This document shows positions 27,877 through 48,769 of a stretch of 64,000 nucleotides of DNA, piece after piece (the stretch's first letter is position 1; every line of letters begins with the position of its first letter). The stretch is taken from positions 3,628,741-3,692,740 of the forward strand of contig OZ037768.1 of assembly GCA_964035545.1 (NCBI GenBank), in the 5' to 3' direction. Both the position numbers and the translations under genes were made by a program. Source of the DNA: Bugula neritina. Lineage: Eukaryota > Animalia > Bryozoa. Below the pieces are notes generated by a model that ran no database searches, was not told the DNA's origin, and saw only the letters and a list, made by a program, of their open reading frames with translations.

Positions 27877-28849
27877 GTCAAACTCTAGAAAGGTGTATTT
27901 TACAATAAATCATGTGCGTAGACATTTGCGTTTATTTTATTGCTTACTGCCTTGACTTATCTTTAATAAAGACTTAATTATATCTTACGGTCTTTGTTGA
28001 GTCTTTATAATATAAGCATAGATTGTGCTGACTTTAAACAACTCATTATTAAATGTAAATCTATTTTTTACAGTAGTGAATGTTATTTTTGCCTTTTGTT
28101 ATTGTTTGTCGGAACATGATTTTTATATCTGTTATATAACCAAAAAATAAACTAATAAGCTCAATGATTGGACTATCTTTCTGTTTATTTTTATTCAAGA
28201 AGTTGCATAAAGGGTGCAATGTATCATGCCATATATGCTCTAAGGTCTGTCATCTGGTCTTTTAATAGTATACAATGCATTTATTTATTGGTTACTTTCA
28301 ATTTTATTGATTATACACATGTTCAAACTGTCACAGAAAAAATATTAGTAAATTTTGATTAACTCGAAATTTTTTGCTTAGCCCCAAGTCCAAATAATCA
28401 TTGAAAAGCTATAATTTTTGTTATAAATTAATGTAAACAAGCTAAGTATTCTACCAAAAAATTAAGGTGCTGCTTGATTTGCAATGCTTGCCTTTATTAA
28501 AAAATAAATTAGATTTTATGCATTTAATTATAAAAACTACTGCTAAAAGTTTCAACTCTTTATAATAATTTATTATATTTATCTAAATGGTAACATGAAC
28601 TCTTTGGGATTGTCAGCACCATTAATTTACTCAGTTTTTGATTAGAGAAGTTGTTATCTCATGAAGTTTTGATCATATCTAAATGTGCTCTTCTAACTTC
28701 CTCTTTAAAACTCTTCGACTAGCGTTACAAATAGAGCTTCTGTTTCGAAAGTTGGAGTAGTAACAAGTATACAAGCTTAAATTATTGTGTTACAATTGAA
28801 ACGTGAGATATTATTTTCACTTTGTGGCATAAATATTAACCGCAGCTAA

Positions 28850-29880
28850 ACATTTATGTTATAACTGTAACAGTAGTAATATAGTTATACTTATATACCT
28901 GTAAGTGTAGGCTCAAGCTGTACTTCAACTTGTAGCTGTATTGAACTGCCACTCACCTGTTACTGTTAGAACGCGTACACACGGACACTCACCGACTAAG
29001 TCTCACCCTAAAATCTCAACACAAAGTCTACTGCTAATGTTTGATGTTGGTTAGTAAATATTTATATATTTGTAATGCTAATAGTAATACTTATACTATA
29101 GCAATTGCCAATTGTATTTAATTTTATAAGTATTATTTTATAATTATTATAAAATATAAATAATAATAATTATTGATATTCATATTCATATTGAATTTGA
29201 TAGTAATAATAGTATTAGTATTACTATTGGTCATAGGCACAGGGCCAGGCATACAAATACAACTACTACGTCTACTAGCACAAAGAAATTATCATTGTCA
29301 TTATGATTATCATTATGATTATGCTTAGAATTAACATTAACATGGTGATGGTCATATAATTATATTGAAAATTTGTATAAAATTAAAAATAAAATACTTA
29401 TACTTAGTAGTAGTTTTATTAATATATTTCTTTTATATTTATATCAATATGAACAAAAATTTATAGTGAGACTCAGGCTGATTCCAAACTCGTAGCGGTA
29501 TTAAAAGTGATAGTCATCCTCATACTCATAGCCCTCTCAATATAAATATTATAGTAATATTACTTAGTAATGATTATATATTGATGTTGAATTTGATTTC
29601 TATCACCATTTCATGGAGACATGGACCATAGTAATAGTCATACTGACACTGTAGATCACTCAATGTAAGGACCACTATTGTCTTAAGATCTTTAGAATAA
29701 TGCAGTTTGAGTTACTACTAAATTACTATAATTAGTATTTTTTATACCTATACATAATTATTTTTATTGTTATTTATGATATTACTAATTTGTACAATGA
29801 AATATAAAAATGTTAATAATAAATTCTATGCTGTGCTAAGATAGGTTATGGCATTGCTATTCATTCAAACTATAATTTAT
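28850..29880. repeat. Drifting period-6 tract (upstream region of SYK)
   Basis: tgtaag tgtagg ctcaag ctgtac ttcaac ttgtag ctgtat ...; tattga tattca tattca tattga atttga tagtaa. A weaker continuation appears at ~30800-31100. Confidence 0.78.
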
Positions 29881-29968
29881 AATAAAAATGATAATAGTTA
29901 GACCATTTTTTTTCTTGTACATAATCCTTCAGCCAGGGTCTAGCTAGCATTTATTTAATTTCTCTTCC

Positions 29969-30660
29969 CTTAGGTACCTAAGTGATTTTTCAATGTTCTT
30001 GCTCACTAGAGTACAGCAGAAAATTTCGCTGTTTACTTTTGCTTATTCATCATATTCAACTGCTCCTCAAGTTTTGCTATGGCTCTCAATGCTCTCAACA
30101 CGTCAGTGTGCCTGAATCAATGTTGTCCATATTTTTTCTCTGATTGCTTTTGATGCTGTCTATTTTTCTCATTTCTCTTTTTTAATGTCTGTTACCAAGT
30201 TATGGTAAATTTCCTTATTTTCATATTGATCTTTGGCTTGCTGTATGATCATAATAGTTCCTGGCATGGTCTAATCTTTATTTCTTACACAGGCTTAGTA
30301 CAAAAATTGTGTTATTATATCAAGCCAACCATCTAGTATGTGAAGCAACGTTTCCTCTCTCTCATTACATTTTTGCATTTTCCCTCTTTTTCTACATATA
30401 CTCTGCTGATCATGCTGACATTAGAATGAGTTCTACTATTGTTTCTTCATATGCCCATTCTTCATTCATTTGGATGTTTTCTTTATCTACTCTTTATCTG
30501 CTGGGTTGTCCATGAAATTCCTTTTTCTTTTATTCTCGTTATTTTACACCCTGCATTGACTTTCAGCAAACTTGATTACTTGTACTCTTTTTGTCTTTTA
30601 TCATCTTTCATCAGCAGCATTACTTAACTCTTTCGTGCTTCATTATTTTTTGCAAGTTTC
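29969..30660 (-). mobile_element. Decayed 3' end of an RLE-type (R4/Dong/NeSL-like) non-LTR retrotransposon
   Basis: Minus-strand translation with stops and frameshifts gives FHGQ..VDKE.., a CCHC-knuckle remnant KC/KCNEREETLLHILDGW, LCKK..NYYDH, VLRALRAIAKLEEQL and ARTLKNHLGT*. This is the motif order typical of the C-terminus of these elements. Confidence 0.6.
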
Positions 30661-32110
30661 TATAGTCTATGCTGTTTATAATACTTAAATAAACTCGGAA
30701 TCAAATTATTTTAACTCTATTCAGTATGACTTAGTGTCATAGCTTATTAATTATCCTTGTTCTTTGGCCAGCATCTTGTAGGAGGAAGTCTAATCGGCAC
30801 TAATACACTAATACACTAATACACTCACATTGGACCTTGAAAGTAGAATTTAGTATAATAGCGCTTATTATAATTATTCAAAATATGAGTATCGATATTT
30901 TCAGTGTGAGTTTCAGTGAACAATAGTTTTTATAGCAAGTTATTAGTTTTGAAATATTATCAGTTAGTGGTAGGATACATATCTAGTTCTATTTATATAA
31001 ATATTGATTTATGTTATATGAGTTATTGTTATACTAATCTTGAAATGAATCATTACTGTCTGGTTAATTCAGTCATGACTCACTCTAATTGAACAAAAGG
31101 CTTGGAAGTATGTAACATAATACCAACTAATTGAACTCAAATAGTTATATTGTGGCGGCCATTTCTTCAATATTCAATCAGTATTAAAGGATAATTCAAT
31201 ATTTTTTATATTTTAATTTTTTAGTTTGATCATTCTTTGTTGCAAGTCTATAGAGTTAGTGTCATTAATTTCTTTAATATTGGTTTATAAAGTCAAATTT
31301 ATATACTAAGCCTATTTCAAGTCAGGTTTTTTGTCAAATAGTTGTAGCAAGAAAATTGGTCCACAGTTTTTTAAATATCAAATTTAAGCCAATAATTTTA
31401 ACTTTCAGTTAAGCCAAAATAATATCATTGAAAGTAGTTTTCTATTTCTGTCGACCCTAGTACAGATAGGCAATCATCTTATTGGCATTAAAAGAGCAAC
31501 TGTTATAGTGGTTAAGCAATTGTGGATGAACTTTTGCAATGTGAATATTGATGAAGCAATAGTTGCAAGAACTAAGTTTTAATTGTTAAATAATGTTTTT
31601 AATTGCTAAATTTGTCTTGCGTGTACACCCTGTGGCATAAGAGAGGTTTACCCTGTGACTGGGAGAAATGTCATGTCAAGTCAAACTAGGAAAAACTTGT
31701 TTTAGAAATCAGTTGTGTTTTAGAGTGTGCCTGATCTGTCAGCTGTATTCTTCATATGTACGGTTGTTTTGAGTTCCAAAAGTATTTTCTTCCTTTTAGA
31801 AACTAGTTGCGTTATTAGGATGATGAAGTATTGGATTAGGGTATATGCCCTAAAGACTTGTTGTAAATAAAAGCTATATTGTTTTACACTTCAAGATTAA
31901 TGTGACAAGGTGACCTTAAAATTGTCAAATTTAGGTCACGGTTACTGTCTAGAAATAAGCCCAAGTATCTAGTTCAGTTTAAATGTACACATACAAAATT
32001 ATTGGTTAAACTGTAATAACATGAGACATTAAGTTTTAGCTCAACTTCTACAACTCTACTACCATAAGCTAAATATAAAATCAGTCTATGCTTTCTATAT
32101 CTCAGGATCT

Positions 32111-32286
32111 TTCTACCTGTAAGGTGCTCTCTACCTGTAAGGTGCTCTCTACCTGTAAGGTGCTCTCTACCTGTAAAATGCTCTCTACCTGTAAAGTGCT
32201 CTCTACCTGTAAAATGCTCTCTACCTGTAAGGTGCTCTCAACCTATAAGTTGCTTTCTGCCTGTAAGTTGCTTTCTGCTTGTAAGG
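32111..32286. repeat. Minisatellite, 18-bp unit x~9
   Basis: tctacctgtaaggtgctc; explains the (VLSTCK)n ORF. Confidence 0.9.
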
Positions 32287-32739
32287 TTTTTTGCCTCCAG
32301 GGTACTTTGTGTCGTTATGGTGTTTTCCACATCCAGGGTACTTAAGTGGCTTCCCTAGTTTAAACATGTTTTGATTGAAAAGACGCAATAAAATAATGTA
32401 CATTCCTATAATAGGTTCATACAGTTTAAGGAATAGTAATTCGTGTTAGTTGCTGATACAAGGGTGATTTAAATTATAAATTGATAATTAACCAACATGT
32501 TGAATTAGAGAGCATCAGCTGCTCTTTCCATAATCAAATTTTACTGCATAATAAAATATTGCTTTCATATTTTTTCGATAACAATTTTGGTCTATTGAAA
32601 TAGAAACTTAGCTTTGTCTTTGATTGTTGAATGCCAATTACCAAAAAGCTTTGCATTTCATAAATAGCTTAAATATGCTATAATAATGTGCTATAGTAAT
32701 TAAGAAAAATAGTTTAACATGGATGTTTTATTGTTGTAG

Positions 32740-32796
32740 CGCTCCAAGTCTCAACCCAGTTGCTTCTTACTGCATAAGAAGTTATAGTTTTATCAA
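32740..32796 (+). other. Putative non-coding 5'UTR exon of SYK
   Basis: Acceptor ttgttgtag| and donor AA|gtgagt flank a 57-nt ATG-free segment 1.2 kb upstream of the SYK start. Confidence 0.45.
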
Positions 32797-33109
32797 GTGA
32801 GTATGATAGTATCACATTGATATCCTTGCAAACATAATGTAGTCACTAGTTATTCAATGACTTCAGCTTGAAGGTTGTGACTAAGAATTCAAATTATACC
32901 ACCTCATTGAGTTCGTTTCTTCACTGGATGCATATTTAATTCAACTGTTGTTGAAGAATTGCGATTAAATATCTAACAGGATTTGCCTGTATCTTGAGAG
33001 TTTGGTACTGTGCCAGCAAATTACACCCAGTTATTCAAATACACCCCTGAACTATTCAGTGATGGTGGTAGACACTAGAATTCTACATTCTAGACATATC
33101 AATATACTT

Positions 33110-33600
33110 TTACTATACTACATTGCTCTACAGTCTACACTATACTACATTGCTCTACAGTCTACACTATACTACATTGCTCTACAGTCTACACTATACT
33201 ACATTGCTCTACAGTCTACACTATACTACATTGCTCTACAGTCTACACTATACTACATTGCTCTACAGTCTACACTATACTACATTGCTCTACAGTCTAC
33301 ATTGCTCTTCACCATGCTACATTACTTTACACTGTACTGCATTACTCTATACTACTCTACGCTATTCTATGTTACATTACACTATGTTCTACAGTACTAT
33401 ACCATGCTATGTTAATCTCCTTATACAACACTATACTATACTTCACTATATTATATTATACTATACTGTATAATATTTGTTATACTACTCTATAATAAAC
33501 CACACTACGCCATAATATACACATAAACTACACCATAATGTAGTACACTTCAATATTCTTAAAGTATATACACTTTACCACACTACAATATACTACACTA
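33110..33600. repeat. 27-bp minisatellite x7 decaying into a 5-mer (ctata/ctaca) array
   Basis: ctatactacattgctctacagtctaca. Confidence 0.9.
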
Positions 33601-33973
33601 AAAATACAATAAAAACAATTTATAGTAGAAATATTTTGTGTTGGTGCTTTTATTGCTAATATTTGAACTAATATACTTTGGGCTAACATCATGCCATCTT
33701 CTCAATAAATGAACATAGCTCGTACTCGTTTGTTCCCAAGACGGCATAAATTAACTAAAAATGTTACTAATGCAAGTTTTTACAATCTAATTGTGCTGCT
33801 AAATCAATAGATCAATGTAAAAAGAAGCTCTTTCAAGTTACGACTTTTTCAACTTTATCTTTTTTTGGTATGAAAATTGCTTTAGTAGTTAAATAGTATT
33901 ATTGCTGTTCTCTAGCCAATCAGATTGATTTTTAGAAAGGCTTGATGTCTGCTGCCGAATCCCATCAGGTATT

Positions 33974-41613
<7,640 letters not shown>

Positions 41614-42330
41614 TGGAATCATGACCACAACAAGACTCGCACATCTCTCCAACCTTATCATTGTCATACGAGGCATAATAACTGTATTTATAATCTCGTA
41701 ATTCTAGGAGAATCTTCTCAGACTATGCGGGTATTCAACACACTATACAGCTAAATACTCTATTCCACACAATACACTCCCACACTATACTGATTTTCGT
41801 CTTGCGAAATATTCCCTTAGAGCTGGACTCTCATCTAAAACTCAATCCGCCAAATCATGTATCAGATTATGCAAAATATTTTTAGTCTTCTCATCAGATC
41901 ATCAGAATATAAATATTATATTTTACAAATATAAATATTGTTTAATTATAAAATATAAGTGTTTTCGCTAAACTGACACTAGAAATTTTCAATCAACTCA
42001 GCAATATAGCAATAAAGTATAAATATTGATACAACCATCACGCTTTGTAGCTAACAGTTCTGTATACCTTTAGTGGGCATATAAATGACCATTCTGTTAT
42101 TTACAACGAGCCACTAGAGAGCTGAATAAGTATATAAAAAGCACAAGTTACTAAAACATATGAACGCAAGAGGTTCCAGCAGCACTAATTAGTCCTCTAG
42201 TCACCAATAAAAGGTTAGAACCTGAAAATCATCACTCATTACATAAAGTTTTGGACGGACTGGGTTAAATTCAGGCAGCACAGTTTCAAAAGAGTTGGAA
42301 CTGAATTTACACAGAATTATCTCGACAGCT

Positions 42331-45300
42331 TCATTGCCACGCTGATTTACCTCTTCTGCTGTGAATCTGTAACAGATTTTGTAAAAATTCATGACGCGAA
42401 CCCCTACTTGATGAATTCAACACAGCATGAGAAAATTTATATCTAAGATATAAAACTCTGGTTGTGAAAATTGCCAGGATTAAAAGCAGAAAACTCCCAA
42501 TTTGATTTTTGTTGACCAAAAGAGCAAGTGAACATGAGGGCAAGCATACATATTCAAGAGTGTCTATAATTTTACTGAAAGCATTGCCATTCTTTGAAGC
42601 CACTCGATGCAGACTAGAAAGGATGCTACATGATGATGCAGGAGACCATACCTGAGGCTGATAGCCCTGTATCCTCAACCTCTCCGCTTCTTGGCGCAGC
42701 AGTTCCTCGTACTCTTCCTCGGCCTTCTTCTCGCTCTCAATCTGAGCTATCTCATCAGCAACGCCCTTGACTTGCTGGTCTCGTCTAGCAGAAACCTGTC
42801 AACACATGCCACTCTCAATATACTAGACCTGTCAACACACGCCACTCTCAATATACTAAACCTGTCAACACATGCCACTCTCAATATACTGAAACCTGTC
42901 AACACATGCCACTCTCAATATACTGAAACCTGTCAACACATGCCACCAGAGAAGACAGGTTAGAAGGTCACCTGAACATGAAGTTGGTTCATTTGCTCTT
43001 CCTTCTGTCTCTGAGTCTGTTCACGCTCTCTCTGCGTCAGTTCATTAGCTCTCTCCATATCTCTCACCAATTCCTCTCTCCTCTCCAAAGATTCCTGCTG
43101 TTGTCTCTTCAACTCCGCCATCTTGGATTGTATCTGCTCCTGGCGACCATCCAAAACCTGCAACAGCACACTTTGACTCAACGCCGCCGACGATATGTTT
43201 AAATTTACATCAAGTTTGAAAATGAGGCCGATAGGAAGAGCCTGAAATCAGAACGTACGTCCTGCATGAGTCTTTGTCGAGCCACCCTCTCTTTATTCCA
43301 CTCTTCTTCTCTCTGGTTCCACAGCCGGGCTGCCTCATCTCTAAATACAAAATGTGTATATTTATGAAATAGCTATTATATAGCTACTTCAGCATTCCCA
43401 AAACAAGCTTGTACTAAAAATACAGGTTTTTATATCACATGGAACTTGACAGTGTAGCTGTGTACACGCTAAATACAAGAATTGCTTCATAGGTTAATAA
43501 AGCTACACATGCTGTGCTATGATAAAGCACATTCTATTAATAATTCTATTATTAAAATGATGCCATTTGACATTGTGGTTATATAAATGAGTTGTTTACT
43601 AATCTAGTAATATGATAGAACTGGACAGACAGAATAACTTACTGATAGAGCATATCTAACTCAGCTTCCCTCTCTTTCTCCAGTCTCAGCTGATCTTCAA
43701 TGACCTAATAGGATATATATAAATGTTATTGCTACTTACCAGTAACTGAAATTTTGAGAGGGCACAACAATAAATCAATAAAATTGGAACGCAAAACTGG
43801 AAACGCAAAAATGAGTTTCATATTTTAAAAACATGATCCCTAAGAACTACTTTCTCAATTCAATATGAAGTTACATCATGATTTGTATAAAATAACTACC
43901 CAATACATACTAGGGCTTGCCCACTCTTATAACTATAATATACTATTAATAAAGCACCTCTTTCATCCAAGCAGCATCTGCCCGAGCCTTCTCTTTCCTA
44001 GCAGTTCGAAGAGTTATCTCCTCAGCTTCTTTCTCCATCAATGAATCCAGAAGTTTCCTATCCTGCTCCAGTTCCTCCATAACCTGCTTAGACCTCCTCT
44101 TTAGCGCCGCAGTGTGCTGACGCAGCAAAACTCGTCTGCAACATTACATGGACATCTACAGACTCACTACAGACTTACTGTAGACTTACTACATACTTAC
44201 TGCAGACTTACTGCAGAATTACTACAGACTTACTACATACTTACTGCATACTTACTGCAGACTTACTGCACACTTACTGTAGAATTACTACATACTTACT
44301 ACACACTTACTACATACTTACTGCAGACTTACTACATACTTACTGCAGACTTACTGCATACTTACTACATACTTACTGCATACTTACTACATACTTACTG
44401 TAGACTTACTACACACTTACTACATACTTACTGCATACTCACTACAGACTTGCTGCATACTTATTGCAGACTTACTAGCTATATATTTGGACAGTAAATG
44501 TAGTGCATGTACTTTAAGAGTAAAAAAGCAGTAGGACTGGACTTCGTTGTCATTTAATTCACTATCATGTCACCTAATCAGGACACAAGCTGTATAGATT
44601 GACATTTGTAAACATCTGAATTAAGTTTCTCATGACATTAAACAGTTACACTACTAAAGGTTCACAGCAAGCAGAGTGCCACTTGAGTTTACCATTACCA
44701 TGGCACACCATTTACCAACAGCAGAAGACAATATACTTTGTCTGAATCAGTCTTTTCTGTAGTCAGTAAATAAAATATTTTCAATAATGAAACTATTACC
44801 CCAATTCTTGCTTTTTGCGTTCCATTTCATCGAGTCTACGCTGCTCTTCCAACTTTTCTATCTCCCACTGATTCCTGAGCAGATCTTCTTGTTGCTGTTT
44901 AATCAGTTCGGCCTAACAAAACATAAATCAGTATAGGAGTCTGTAATCAATACTTTAATTGCTGGTGAACTTTTCGAGTTTACTGTACTTTTTGGATATG
45001 AAACCCTTTATTCACCAGAAATGCTATGAATACCCAAAAATACAGAAACCAAAAATCCAGTGTTTGTTATAAATAAAATCACATTAACGTCTAAACATGC
45101 ATCTGTTTACACCATTACCATACCTCTTGTTCCCTCCTCTTTAATTCTGCCATTTGTTGTTTTAGTATCTCTCTCAACTGCATTTCACTGTCTAGTCGTT
45201 TCTGCTCCATGATTCTTTGCTGTTCCAAACCTCGCAGTCTGTCCACCTCCATTTTTTCATCCATTTCCTGTTGCCTGAGTCGTTCCTCTTCTAGTGCCTG

Positions 45301-47004
45301 AAAGTTATTATTAAAGTCACTTATATAGACTGCATTGACTGTCAATATGTAAACTCTAACACTGTACTAAACACACCATAACATTCCCTAGTAACTAATA
45401 TTGGTATCCTTGAATATCATTTAATCACCTAATCAACTGAAGTTTTGAGAATACAACAAATAAATTCTAAAACACATTAGTGCAACTGCAGAGTTGATGG
45501 AAATCCTAAAGTAACTTTTACAAAGTTACTTTAGGATAATCTTACTTTACATGAGCATTTATCATTCACACAAAACACATAAATTTGACAATGAAATTTA
45601 ATGTCCTTAATGAGATGTTGCTGTTTCAAAAACATACCGACTGTTTCTCATCTCTCTGGTCAGACCACTTGTCGACTACGTGACTCTTGAACTGCTCAGA
45701 CTCCAGCTGAATGAGAATAAGATTGACAGAATAGTTACAATAACTGCACAGAAATAAATCACGAAACAGGAAAAAAACTAGGAGCACATAAGTAGACTCT
45801 AACCATAACTGAGAATGGATAACAATGCAACTACTTTGAAATGAAAACTAGACACAAGAATTCATTAGGAGACATAAAATACAATATGCCACCTTGCGTA
45901 TGTCGGGACAGTTCTGTCTGAAATGCTCATACAGACGTTCTTCAGCAACCTGCTTTCTTTCCTCTTCTCTAGCAGATCTGAGAGATTCACTCCGTTCCTT
46001 CATTTGATTCAATCTGTCCATATTATCCAGACTAAACCCTTTTAGCTCCGCCTAAAGGAAAGATACTGTATTGAGAGTAACGATCTCTAAGTTGTCAGGA
46101 TATGCTTTAACTCAACAAGCAACATTGGAGATCAATGACCAGCACCTCCCCCCCCCCCCCCCCCCCCATAGCAGGCGTTGCAGTCGCATTAACTCATCCA
46201 TACCTCATACTGGTTTCTTTCACTTTGATAGAGAGCTGCAAGTTTACTTCGTCTTCTTGCCATATTCAGAGATTTGGTGTCTTTTTCATAATTCTTCTTG
46301 TAAGCATCCATGCTATAATAACAAATTGTATGCATGTATGTTTTTTACAAACATGGATACTAAAGTACATAGTTGTACACAGAAAAATTGCCAACAATTT
46401 GTAAATGTGAGTTTTACAATATTTTTATATAAATATATATAATTCTACAGTTTGATTCACAATGTTTTGCAAAACCTCAATAAAAGCCAGTGATGTTTTA
46501 CCTATTTCAAATTCATTCTTAAGGTAATATTATATGACTTGTCATTAATAGCCTTTTCATATAGGATTCAGACTGAGAGAAAAGCAGCAAAACCTAGTTT
46601 GAAAGAACTCAGTGCATAAAATTAAAACAATGATAGGATAGCCTTTAACGACTTTTGTGCTCAACTTGAATTTGTTTTAAATTTACAGCTTTGATAAGTT
46701 AAAATTATTAAAAATGGATATGAAAAAGAAGACCAAAAAAATTGCTTTTTAGAGTTTTTTAAACAAAGTCCCACTTGGTTGAAATTTCTTATAAAAACAT
46801 TAACTCGGTGTACCTGCTTTGAAAAGTGGCTTTTGAGGTCCAATTGGCATCTTTTGAAGAGTGTATTTCTGCATTACTGAAGTATCTGGCAGTATCTTGC
46901 CAACTGTCTCTAAGATCATTTTCTTGAGTCCTTCTTCGGACAATTGCTGCCTCATAAATATTCTTTCTTGTTGTATAAATACTTGGCATATTAGGTAAAG
47001 CCAT
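42331..47004 (-). CDS. TCHP: Trichoplein keratin filament-binding protein (TPH coiled-coil), complete
   Basis: Starts MALPNMPSIY and ends RGKSAWQ*, both trichoplein-like termini. Phase-consistent exons: 47004-46814, 46312-46204, 46051-45893, 45706-45638, 45297-45124, 44912-44800, 44135-43958, 43704-43643, 43340-43259, 43157-42972, 42795-42652, 42366-42331. E/K/R/Q-rich coiled coil. Confidence 0.9.
42794..42946. repeat. 33-34-bp tandem repeat x~4.5 that includes the TCHP 3' splice site
   Basis: acctgtcaacacatgccactctcaatatact(a/g) starting at 42794, 42827, 42860, 42894, 42928. Confidence 0.9.
44155..44478. repeat. 11-bp minisatellite in a TCHP intron
   Basis: acttact(a/g)ca(g/t/c) x~28. Confidence 0.9.
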
Positions 47005-47369
47005 GTTTCAATACTAAAAATAATTTATAAAGATAAAAAACTGATCAAAAAAGATACTTGTTTAAAATATAATAAATAACCATACTGTTGAAATCATGCT
47101 GTCCGTTAAATAGAAAAAAACATGCGTGCTTAAAGCAACCTTCAGTCTGAAATATGAGTCCTAATAATAAGCAATACTTTTCACTTTTACCGTTTTTAAA
47201 ATGTTGCATCAGCTATACTTGATTGCAATATGAGTGCACTCTACTGTTTTTAAAAAATCATATATTTCCATCCAACTTTCAGCTGGCATAAAATTTCAAC
47301 TTTTAATTAGGTTTTAGTAGCTATTTCAGCATTTGCAGCATAATTTTTTTAATCTGCTAATAATTGAAC

Positions 47370-47780
47370 TAATAATCATAATACTTAAAACTATGACAGT
47401 GACTTTGGCTATGCCTGTACCTATGAACATTGGCTAAACTAAAGCTATACTACCAGTATCACTGTGATTGTGGGTATCAGTATGAGTATAAGTATAAGTA
47501 TAAACAAAAGTAAAACTATAGCTAATGTGAAACCGAATCAGTAAAACTAAATGTAACAGTAATGGCAATGCTTATGCTATGAGCTATAGCTATACTCATA
47601 GTAGTACAGTATGACTATGAGTATTGACACTTTGACTTAAAGACACAGTTGCACTTGCATAATGAATAATCATTATCATAATGATAATGGATTAATTTTA
47701 TAATTATTAAAAAATATAATATTACCATTATTAATAATATTAATTATTATAACTATGATTAGTGATTATCATTGTGATAT
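47370..47780. repeat. Drifting period-6 tract (TCHP 5' region)
   Basis: cagtat gagtat aagtat aagtat aaacaa aagtaa aactat agctaa ...; a second block lies at ~48130-48350. Confidence 0.78.
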
Positions 47781-48379
47781 TTTACCTAGGGGGTTAGACT
47801 TTAGAGTTTGCTTAGTAAACACGAAGTCATGTACTTTAATATTAATAGTTTCCTTTCCAGAACAATCAGAGACCTTAGAATCTCTAAAGTCACACCTTCA
47901 TAACACTCCTCCGTGAAGGTCTCCTCTTCCCTTTTGAGAGTCTAGAGACTCAACACAGATAGTGATACAGATTGGACTGGGTTCGAAACTCGATAAAATT
48001 AAAAGCCATTAGTGATTTTACTTTTAGGAAGAGCATTCAATCATAATTGCTCCAGTGCCCCATCTAAATAAGTCCTTAGCCCGATTTAACCAAAAAAAAA
48101 TCATCAGGGGTTTCTCACAGGGATGGTGACACTCACACTGACTATAAGTACAATATTAACAATATTATTATTATTAATATTATTAAATTTAATATTAATA
48201 ATAAACTTGCGTGAGTTTTTTTTATATTTTATGTTTCTCAGTTTAAGCTATAACACTTAGCAAATAGTAAAACATTCATAAAAGTACTATGAGCATAATT
48301 ATTTGCTATTAACTAAAGTTAACTATTACTATTTGGTTTGGTATTATATTTTTCTGTTTGAATTTCCAAATTGCTTCTC

Positions 48380-48760
48380 CTCCAGTTTGAAAATTTCGAA
48401 GTTTACAGCGGTTATCTGCAGCATTGATTAGCAACTTATAAACATAGTCGCTCAACGAATCGCTGTTTCTGTAAACCATTTAGTAAACTGTCGGAAAATA
48501 TTGATCTAAACGAGTACATTTCTCGAAAGAAGAGCGTGCCATCAAAACATTTTCTGAAAACAGAATAATATGCGTAGAACATTATTTTGACATCGGACAA
48601 TTTTCGTTTTTAAAGCGATTGAGAATACGAATGTTTTTGCTTCATTGGCAATTTTTCATCTGCTCTCCATTAAAGTTTTAACATTGCTATAAAGTACAAT
48701 TTAGATTATAATGAATTTATAGCGCCCTTTATTAAAAGTGAACATATTTTAGTCGCAAAA
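48380..48760. promoter_or_regulatory. Putative bidirectional promoter TCHP / GRAMD2-like
   Basis: Locally CpG-richer, non-periodic island between divergent genes, bracketed by period-6 tracts. RFX-like half site TAGCAAC at ~48429-48435. Confidence 0.45.
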
Positions 48761-48769
48761 GCAATATAG

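Noticed and set aside
33002-33473. ORFs with (YYIALQSTL)n or (LLYSLHYTT)n, and (VLSTCK)n at 32088-32345
   Set aside because: Minisatellites with unit length divisible by 3.
42794-42946. CRISPR-like regular repeats (also 36615-36975, 23595-24187)
   Set aside because: No unique spacers, eukaryotic intronic context, no cas genes.
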